Source of the DNA: an uncultured Spirochaetota bacterium
GTDB lineage: Bacteria > Spirochaetota > UBA4802 > UBA5550
NCBI GenBank assembly: GCA_963827275.1
Contig: CAWHAA010000005.1
Span: 617,924 to 681,923, forward strand
Direction of reading: 5' to 3'
Length of the DNA: 64,000 nt
Part shown: positions 57,690-64,000 of the stretch, in pieces
How positions within the stretch are numbered: the stretch's first letter is position 1
Layout of the letters: the number at the start of each line of letters is the position of its first letter
Notes under the pieces: model-generated
Told to the model about the DNA's origin: nothing
Database searches by the model: none
Seen by the model: only the letters and a program-made list of their open reading frames with translations
Translations under genes and position numbers: made by a program

Positions 57690-59350
57690 CACAGGGAACG
57701 ACGCGTTTAACATATACATTGTTTCTCTATCTAGCCTTCACGCTCATCATCCTCGTGTATGCCGCTGCCAGGGCCGTTGACGATTTCAACTATCTTTCCA
57801 ATTTCGGCCCCCTGAAATCGCGGCTGACCGGGTACCTGTCCGGGCGCATCGGGACGGATGTCACGGTAGAAAAGGTCCATGCAACAATCCTGCCCCGGCC
57901 CGGCATCGCCTTCACGGACGTGAAGATCGGCCGTCCGGAAGGGTTCCATGCTTCGGCAGAGGGGATACTGCTGGTCTTTTCCCCCCGTCAAAAATTATCA
58001 GGCGGGGACTGGCTTGCCCGCATCAGCCTGCGCCGTCTCCGGTTCGCCGTCCGGATCGACGACGCGACGGGCGCCGCTCCCCTCCCCCGTTTTTCCCTTC
58101 CGGAGATTGAACTGGAAGACCCGTCTGTAACCATACAGACCAGGGAGAACACCATTGCGCTGGAAGGTCCGCTGACCGGGCATGTCCGGGTCGTGTCCGG
58201 CAACACCCTCTCCCTTGTCGGGAGCCTTGATTTCAACAGGACCGGCATCAGGTACAACGACACTGCTGTGGAACTGGATGGCCCCGTCATGATGAACGGC
58301 AACAGCCTGTCATCGCCCGGTCTTGACATTATATCAGGAGGCCTCTGGGTATCCGCGCAGGGGAACTATTCATGGAAGGAAGGCAGGTCGTTCGCCGGCA
58401 GTGTCCGCATCAAGGGGCTGACGGTTGAAACAAAAAGCGGCGGGAACCCCGTCCTCGACGCCATCCTGGACAAACTCAACGGCAGCGCGGACCTCACCCT
58501 TGCCGGCATGACGCTCTTCGGCATACCGCTGGACACGGTCACCGCCAGGGCGGTCGCGACTAACGGCACCGTGGTCCTTAACGATCTGCGGACCGATGGC
58601 GGCGTTCTCTCCGGCAGCGGGACCGTGACCCTTGCCCCGAAGCGGCCCGCGCTCTTTGACGTCACATTCACGCTCCGCAATTATGACATCATGAAGCTCC
58701 TGGGGCCGGTCTCCTCGGGCAGCACACTGATTCGCGGCACGATGGACCTCGGCGGCAGGGTGTGGGGCACCGGCGGATCAATCAACGGCGATGTTCATTT
58801 CTCTTCATTCAACGGACGGCTCATGAAGTTCGGGCCCCTGTTCAAGATCTTCACCACAGTCAATTTTCACAGGATGATTCTGAAAAAGCACCCTGACTAC
58901 AGGAGCCGGGGGTTCCCGTACAATTCGATCATTTCACAGTTCACCATCAGGGACAACACCGTTTCTTTTGACCGTTTCTATCTTGACAGCGATTCTCTCC
59001 AGGTTTCCGCGTCCGGCACCTATTCGATGCAATCACACGCCGTTAATGCGCTCCTGGGGGTCCGGCCCCTGGACCTGATAGACCGGACAGTGGGCATGAT
59101 CCCCGTCCTGGGATGGATCGTGGAAGGCAAGGAGAACGCGGCCGTCATCATGTATTTCCGCATGTCCGGGGACATCAAGGACCCGGGCGTCCTGCCGGCC
59201 CCGATGCAGAATATTACCAGGGGCATCGGCGGCGTTATATTGCGCACGCTCATGCTGCCGTATACGATCTTTACGAAACCGTGGAACCTGATCCCCGCAT
59301 TGCAGTACAACCGGCAGACAGGGGCCAAGACCCCTGAAAAAATGCGATAA
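57686..59350 (+). CDS. AsmA-family-like outer-membrane assembly protein
   Basis: 554 aa. N-terminal transmembrane anchor then long beta-rich periplasmic sequence with repeated ...G.L..SG.V.L... segments typical of AsmA/TamB-like proteins. Its start (ATGA) overlaps the marC stop. Confidence 0.55.
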   Translation: MTQGTTRLTYTLFLYLAFTLIILVYAAARAVDDFNYLSNFGPLKSRLTGYLSGRIGTDVTVEKVHATILPRPGIAFTDVKIGRPEGFHASAEGILLVFSPRQKLSGGDWLARISLRRLRFAVRIDDATGAAPLPRFSLPEIELEDPSVTIQTRENTIALEGPLTGHVRVVSGNTLSLVGSLDFNRTGIRYNDTAVELDGPVMMNGNSLSSPGLDIISGGLWVSAQGNYSWKEGRSFAGSVRIKGLTVETKSGGNPVLDAILDKLNGSADLTLAGMTLFGIPLDTVTARAVATNGTVVLNDLRTDGGVLSGSGTVTLAPKRPALFDVTFTLRNYDIMKLLGPVSSGSTLIRGTMDLGGRVWGTGGSINGDVHFSSFNGRLMKFGPLFKIFTTVNFHRMILKKHPDYRSRGFPYNSIISQFTIRDNTVSFDRFYLDSDSLQVSASGTYSMQSHAVNALLGVRPLDLIDRTVGMIPVLGWIVEGKENAAVIMYFRMSGDIKDPGVLPAPMQNITRGIGGVILRTLMLPYTIFTKPWNLIPALQYNRQTGAKTPEKMR

Positions 59351-59513
59351 TTTCGTCCTCCCGTGCCGAAATCACACATATATTTTCTTCTCATTTAAGA
59401 ATTTTTGTTGAAATAAATATACCCCCTGTGACTATTGGTTCACCTTTCTGCTGAAAGCGGGCGCTCTCAACGCCGGACATTTCAGCACTATACCAGAGGG
59501 AGGAGCATATCAT

Positions 59514-59801
59514 ATGGTTACGTATGAGCTTACGGTCATTCTCAGAAACAAGGAAATCGAGTCCCTTCTCGAAAAGACGAAGGAGATTCTCGCGAAACAC
59601 GGCACAACGATCCTGAGCGATAATTCGCTGGGCGTAAAACGGCTGGCATACCAGATCGACGGCGAGAGCGAGGGCTATTACCTCTTCATGAACGTTGATA
59701 TCCCGGGCGAATCAGTCAAAAAGATCATCAGCGAATTCAGGCTGAACAGCGACATTCTCAGGTACATGTTCATTAAATCCAAAAAAGCGGCTTCCGCTTA
59801 A
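59514..59801 (+). CDS. rpsF: 30S ribosomal protein S6
   Basis: MVTYELTVILRNKEIESLLEKTKEILAKHGTTILSDNSLGVKRLAYQIDGESEGYYLFMNVD... Ribosome-binding site GAGGGAGGAG. Confidence 0.9.
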   Translation: MVTYELTVILRNKEIESLLEKTKEILAKHGTTILSDNSLGVKRLAYQIDGESEGYYLFMNVDIPGESVKKIISEFRLNSDILRYMFIKSKKAASA

Positions 59802-59815
59802 ACAAGGAGGCACGT

Positions 59816-60247
59816 ATGGCCAGTGACCTGAACAAGGCGATAATCATCGGGCGCCTCACCAAGGACCCCGACCTTCGCTACACCCAGAGCGGTACGCCGG
59901 TGTGCAGCTTTTCCGTTGCGAACAACAGGACCTACGTTGCGGCAGGGGAGAAAAAGGAGACGGTTTCCTACTTTAACTGCGTCGCATGGGCAAAGACCGG
60001 CGAGGTCATTGCGGAATACTGCAAGAAGGGACAGCGGATCGGCATCGAGGGGCGCCTGCAGCAGCGTTCGTGGGACGACCAGGAGGGAAAGAAGCGCCAG
60101 ACGGTGGAGATCGTCGTCGACAACTTCCAGTTCCTGTCGCCCCCGCGGGAGAGCAGCGCGGAACCCGCCGCAGACGCGCCCTCCTCGTCGCACGAGCCGT
60201 CTCCGGGAACGGACAACCCGTTCTCAGATGACGATATTCCGTTTTAA
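59816..60247 (+). CDS. ssb: Single-stranded DNA-binding protein
   Basis: OB-fold NKAIIIGRLTKDPDLRYTQSGTPVCSFSVANNR...FNCVAWAKTGEVIAEYCKKGQRIGIEGRLQQRSW, a Gly/Pro-rich tail and the acidic C-terminus DDDIPF. Confidence 0.9.
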   Translation: MASDLNKAIIIGRLTKDPDLRYTQSGTPVCSFSVANNRTYVAAGEKKETVSYFNCVAWAKTGEVIAEYCKKGQRIGIEGRLQQRSWDDQEGKKRQTVEIVVDNFQFLSPPRESSAEPAADAPSSSHEPSPGTDNPFSDDDIPF

Positions 60248-60293
60248 GGCGTTTGAAACAATCAACCATATTCATAGCTGAGAGGAGAACATC

Positions 60294-60713
60294 ATGTCTG
60301 ATCCAATAAATAACGAAACACCAGAAGCGAAAGCCCCGGAAGTCGCCGCTGAGCCGGCGCCGCAGCAGGCGGCCGAGCGTCCGGCCGAGCGCCCGGCCGC
60401 ACCGTCCGAACGCCCCGCGCGTCCCGACAGGCCGCGCGGCAGGGGCCGCTTCGGCGATTCCGACCGGGAATCCGGCCCGTCCGAGGGCGGGATGCGGGTC
60501 CCCCGTTTCAAGAGAAAGGTATGCATATTCTGCCAGGACAAGAACGCCGGCGCCGACTACAAGCGGGCGGACGTCCTTGAGCGGTTTATCACCGACCGGG
60601 GCAAGATTCTGCCACGGCGCGTTACCGGCACCTGTTCCAAGCACCAGCGCCTCGTCGCCAGGGAAATCAAGCGGGCGCGGGCGATTGCCCTGCTGCCGTT
60701 TGTCGAGCAATAA
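60294..60713 (+). CDS. rpsR: 30S ribosomal protein S18 with about 66-aa Pro/Ala/Glu/Arg-rich N-terminal extension
   Basis: The core [67 protein letters not shown] is canonical S18. The strong ribosome-binding site GAGAGGAG precedes the upstream ATG (60294). The alternative internal ATG at 60492 has a weaker site. Confidence 0.85.
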   Translation: MSDPINNETPEAKAPEVAAEPAPQQAAERPAERPAAPSERPARPDRPRGRGRFGDSDRESGPSEGGMRVPRFKRKVCIFCQDKNAGADYKRADVLERFITDRGKILPRRVTGTCSKHQRLVAREIKRARAIALLPFVEQ

Positions 60714-60718
60714 GCTCC

Positions 60719-61594
60719 GTGATCGCGGTTCTCGCGGCGGTTGCAGGCGGGCTGATGCTGACGGTCGGCTCGGCGTTCATGTACTACCGGCTGGAGTGGA
60801 AGGCCATCGTTATATGCGCGGTGCTGGTCCTGGTCTCCCTGGCGGTTTCCGGGAGGGCACTGGACGCACCCCTGCTGGCCATGCCGTTCCTGATAGGATG
60901 CACCGCCGGGTATGCATTAAAAAGGGGAAAGACTTTCGGGTTTTACCTTGTAATAGTATCCTGTTCCCTCACGGTGATCTTCACCGGCTTCTTTTATTAC
61001 ATGATGGTCTACCAGAACGTGGATTTCATCGGGATGCTGAGGGAAGAGATGGTTAAATTCCTGACCACGGCCGGGGCGCCGGACGACATCAGGAACCAGA
61101 TGCTGTCAGAGTTCGACGGCTCACGGGACGACATAGTGGCGCGGGTGCCCTTTTCGGCCTTTTTAAATTCGATGCTTCTGGCTTCGGTCGGCTACCACCT
61201 GATACGGTGGGCCCTGTCCCGGGCGGGCCTGGAGGTCCGGGGCCCGGGACTCGAATCGTTCCGTCTGAACGATTATTTTATTTTCGCGCTGATAGCCGGA
61301 CTGGCGGTCTTTTTACTGATTGACAAAACCGATTATCCGGTACTTCATAGCGGCGGTTCAAACGCCGTGTTCATGGCGGCGCTCCTCTACTTCGTGCAGG
61401 GGCTCGGCGTGATCAAGTTCATCTTGATGAAGCGGGGCATCCCCGGGTATGTGCTGCCCCTGGCGGTATCGGCCATCCTGATCGCGGGGATATGGATTGC
61501 GCTCTTCCTGTTTATCCTCCTCGCGGGATTCGGGGCGCTTGATGTGTGGGCGGACTTCAGGAAGCTTTTAAGCAGGAACGAGCCTGAAAGCTGA
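60719..61594 (+). CDS. Multi-pass membrane protein, DUF2232/YybS-like (conserved position between rpsR and rplI)
   Basis: 291 aa, GTG start adjacent to the rpsR stop, at least 6 predicted transmembrane helices. Same position as yybS in the Firmicutes rpsF-ssb-rpsR-yybS-(gdpP)-rplI-dnaB cluster. gdpP is absent here. Confidence 0.5.
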   Translation: MIAVLAAVAGGLMLTVGSAFMYYRLEWKAIVICAVLVLVSLAVSGRALDAPLLAMPFLIGCTAGYALKRGKTFGFYLVIVSCSLTVIFTGFFYYMMVYQNVDFIGMLREEMVKFLTTAGAPDDIRNQMLSEFDGSRDDIVARVPFSAFLNSMLLASVGYHLIRWALSRAGLEVRGPGLESFRLNDYFIFALIAGLAVFLLIDKTDYPVLHSGGSNAVFMAALLYFVQGLGVIKFILMKRGIPGYVLPLAVSAILIAGIWIALFLFILLAGFGALDVWADFRKLLSRNEPES

Positions 61595-61627
61595 AATCAA
61601 TAATTTTCAATATACAAGGAGCTGGCG

Positions 61628-62071
61628 ATGAAAGTCATATTACAGAAAGACGTGCCGAATCTCGGCGATGCCGGTGATATAAAGGAAGTCTCGGACGGGT
61701 ACGCGAGGAACTACCTCCTCCCCAGGAAGCTGGTAATCGTTTCCAACGAGTCCAGCAAGCGGGCGACCGAGCACCAGATGAAGCTCGTCAAGATCAAGAA
61801 AGAAAAACGGAAAAAGCAGAGCGAAAAAGTCGCCGAGGGCATGGCCGGTCTCGAGCTTACGATCGGGGTCCAGGTGGGCGAAGAGGGGAAGCTCTTCGGC
61901 TCTGTCACCGCGATGGACATTTCAAAGAAGCTGAAGGAAAAGGGCTTCGAGATCGACAAGCGCAAAATCATCATCGAGACCCCCATCAAGCAGGAAGGGG
62001 AATACACCGTCAAGATAAAGCTGGATGAGGGGCAGACCCCGTCGATAAAGGTCATCGTCGGAAAGGAGTAA
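61628..62071 (+). CDS. rplI: 50S ribosomal protein L9
   Basis: MKVILQKDVPNLGDAGDIKEVSDGYARNYLLPRKLV... canonical L9 N-domain. 147 aa. Confidence 0.9.
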   Translation: MKVILQKDVPNLGDAGDIKEVSDGYARNYLLPRKLVIVSNESSKRATEHQMKLVKIKKEKRKKQSEKVAEGMAGLELTIGVQVGEEGKLFGSVTAMDISKKLKEKGFEIDKRKIIIETPIKQEGEYTVKIKLDEGQTPSIKVIVGKE

Positions 62072-62074
62072 TTC

Positions 62075-63439
62075 ATGCTCTCCGATAAGCTTCCCCCCCA
62101 GGACGTCGAGACCGAAGTCGCATGCCTCGCGTCGGTGCTCCTGAGCAGGGAAGCGCTTTACAAGGTGATAGAAATCCTCCAGCCGGAGGATTTCTATCTG
62201 GACAAGCACCGCATCATCTTCGGCGCGGTGACGGAACTCCTCCAGAAGGACCTCCCCGTAGACCTTACCACAATGAAACAGCGCCTGGTCGACCACGGCC
62301 AGTTCGACAGGATCGGCGGCGATACCGCCCTCGTCGAGCTGTACCGGGCCGTCTCCACCTCCGCCAATGCTGAATTCTATGCGCGGCGGATCAAGGAGCT
62401 CTCGCTCCGGCGGCGCCTCATCGAGGTCTGCACCGAGTCGGTTGAAAAATGCTACGAAATGTCGCTCGAGACCGAAGAGCTGGTAGACCAGATAGAAAAG
62501 GACATCTTCAACATCACCGAGAAGCGCATCACCGCCGACTTCAAACCGATCGACGAGGTGATGCAGGAGACCATGAACAACATCGGGAAATGGTACGACA
62601 CCAAGCGTATCGTTACCGGCGTCGGCTCCGGGTTCCGCAAGCTCGACGAGATGCTCACCGGGTTCCACGCGGCCGAGCTCATCATCATCGCGGCCCGCCC
62701 CGGCATGGGCAAGACGGCCCTGGCGCTGAACATCGTCAACCACGTCGCGCTGAAGGAAAAGAAGCCGGTCCTCTTCTTCTCGCTCGAGATGCCCGCCACA
62801 CAGCTGGGCATGCGGATGCTCTGCATCGATTCCATGATAGACTCGCAGCTGGTCAGGACCGGCTACATCAAGTCAGAGGACATGCACCGGCTCATCGAGA
62901 CATCGAGCAAGCTCTCGAAGGTGTCCGTGTTCATTGATGATTCCCCCTCGTCCACCGTGTTGCAGATGCGGGCCAAGGCCCGGCGCCTCGCGCAGAAGAA
63001 CAAGGACCTCGGCATCATCGTGGTGGACTACCTCCAGCTCATCACCGGCACCAACCCGAGGGTTGACCGCCACCTGCAGATCGCCGAGATATCGCGCTTT
63101 CTGAAACAGCTGGCGCGCGACCTCGAGGTGCCGGTCATCGCCCTCTCCCAGCTTTCGCGGCAGGTGGAGCACCGGACCGACCAGCGCCCCACCCTCGCGG
63201 ACCTGCGCGAATCGGGCGCCATCGAGCAGGACGCCGACGTCGTCATGTTCATATACCGCGAGGACAAGGTGAAGAAGGATAGCGAGCGGCGGGGGGTCGC
63301 CGACATCATCGTCGCCAAGCAGCGCAACGGCCCTGTCGGCGAGGTACCCCTCAGGTTCTGGGAAAAGCACACCCGCTTCGGCGATCTCGAAGAGATCCAC
63401 GATTACGAGCCAACGGGCCCCGACTATGACGTACAATAG
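62075..63439 (+). CDS. dnaB: Replicative DNA helicase
   Basis: 454 aa. N-terminal PPQDVETEVACLASVLL, Walker A ARPGMGKTALALN, Walker B IIVVDYLQL and an arginine-finger region. The ORF is intact. Confidence 0.95.
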   Translation: MLSDKLPPQDVETEVACLASVLLSREALYKVIEILQPEDFYLDKHRIIFGAVTELLQKDLPVDLTTMKQRLVDHGQFDRIGGDTALVELYRAVSTSANAEFYARRIKELSLRRRLIEVCTESVEKCYEMSLETEELVDQIEKDIFNITEKRITADFKPIDEVMQETMNNIGKWYDTKRIVTGVGSGFRKLDEMLTGFHAAELIIIAARPGMGKTALALNIVNHVALKEKKPVLFFSLEMPATQLGMRMLCIDSMIDSQLVRTGYIKSEDMHRLIETSSKLSKVSVFIDDSPSSTVLQMRAKARRLAQKNKDLGIIVVDYLQLITGTNPRVDRHLQIAEISRFLKQLARDLEVPVIALSQLSRQVEHRTDQRPTLADLRESGAIEQDADVVMFIYREDKVKKDSERRGVADIIVAKQRNGPVGEVPLRFWEKHTRFGDLEEIHDYEPTGPDYDVQ

Positions 63440-63443
63440 GTTC

Positions 63444-64000
63444 ATGGCCACAACGCTTGCCGCCTTCGAGGGCATCGGGGGCTATGGCGTGTTTTTCCGC
63501 GAGACCGTCCGCTGGATGTTCCGCCCGCCCTTCGACGGGAAGAACGTCCTCCTCCAGATGCTCGAGATCGGCTACAAGTCGATCCCGGTAACGACCATCA
63601 CCCTCTTCTTCACCGGCATGGTCATGGCGCTCCAGCTCGGCCGCGTCATGGACTCCATCATCTCCGGCTCGTCGATATTCATCGGCAGCGGCGTCACCAT
63701 CTCGATGTTCCGCGAGCTCTGCCCCGTGCTCACCGCCCTCCTGCTCGCCGGCAGGGTGGGCTCCTCCATCGCCGCCGAGATCGGGACCATGAAGGTGACC
63801 GAGCAGATCGACGCGCTCAGGACGCTCTCGGCGGAGCCGGTGCAGTACCTCTCGGTGCCGCGCTTCATCGCCTGCATGGTGATGACACCGGCGCTCACCA
63901 TCATCACCGACATCGTCGGCGTGCTGGGCGGCGCCTTCATCGCGTTCTTCTCCCTCGGCATCACCGTCGACAAGTACGTGGACAACATCCTCCAGTATAC
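63444..64000 (+). CDS. mlaE: MlaE/YrbE-type ABC transporter permease (3' end beyond window)
   Basis: My own translation from the ATG at 63444 gives MATTLAAFEGIGGYGVFFRETVRWMFRPPFDGKNVLLQMLEIGYKSIPVTTITLFFTGMVMALQ...EQIDALRTLSAEPVQYLSVPRF. That is the conserved MlaE permease core. There is no stop within the window. Confidence 0.8.
   Translation, partial: MATTLAAFEGIGGYGVFFRETVRWMFRPPFDGKNVLLQMLEIGYKSIPVTTITLFFTGMVMALQLGRVMDSIISGSSIFIGSGVTISMFRELCPVLTALLLAGRVGSSIAAEIGTMKVTEQIDALRTLSAEPVQYLSVPRFIACMVMTPALTIITDIVGVLGGAFIAFFSLGITVDKYVDNILQY

Noticed and set aside
60492-60713. Short-form S18 starting at the internal ATG (60492) as the primary call
   Set aside because: The upstream ATG at 60294 has a much better ribosome-binding site and would close the operon spacing (46 bp after ssb). 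The short form leaves an unusually long 245-bp gap with coding-like composition. It is kept as an alternative in the finding rather than as the main call.

Overview
This window is a high-GC (about 60-65%) chromosomal segment from a diderm bacterium, with characteristically AT-rich intergenic regions. I found no rRNA, tRNA, CRISPR array or transposase.

Gene content, in order:
- A carbohydrate-utilisation region: galK, a GH36-like alpha-galactosidase and a GH1 beta-glucosidase on the plus strand; a GH13 alpha-glucosidase, an MFS transporter and a GHL-type hydrolase as an operon on the minus strand.
- An aromatic 2-oxoacid fermentation cluster (paaK, an ACT-domain gene, iorA, iorB) with an old-yellow-enzyme reductase nearby.
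- A KAS-III-like condensing enzyme next to a penicillin-amidase-family (Ntn) acylase.
- A 7TMR-DISM/PAS/HATPase sensor, a small Cys-rich protein and an EIIA(Ntr)-zinc-ribbon fusion in one strand block.
- A conserved bactofilin / YaaR-like / holB / PSP1 / metG housekeeping block.
- A surface-protein island: two paralogous large lipoproteins, a small secreted protein with a Cys-containing C-terminal sorting-like tail, a FadL-like outer-membrane protein and a lipoprotein built from six FN3-like repeats.
- Two-component regulators: a LuxR-type response regulator and a hybrid REC-PAS-GAF-PAS histidine kinase.
- The core block rpsF-ssb-rpsR-(DUF2232-like membrane gene)-rplI-dnaB-mlaE.

The most unusual signals are non-coding:
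1. A dispersed inverted-repeat motif CCGATA-GT-TATCGG appears at least nine times. Four of those copies sit in a 42-bp tandem array immediately upstream of an ORF6N-domain (antirepressor-like) gene. A second motif, TTACTCTGACCCC, co-occurs with it.
2. A roughly 243-bp non-coding cassette (terminator, promoter region and a palindrome) is duplicated at about 95% identity upstream of surface-protein genes whose products share only about 35-40% identity.

Important caveat: at least eight genes, including the essential metG, are split by single-base frame shifts (metG twice, PSP1 twice, iorB, the hybrid kinase and two lipoprotein genes). Where I could localise the shift it sits in a G homopolymer. 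The sequence therefore very probably carries indel errors, and the supplied ORF track fragments these genes.
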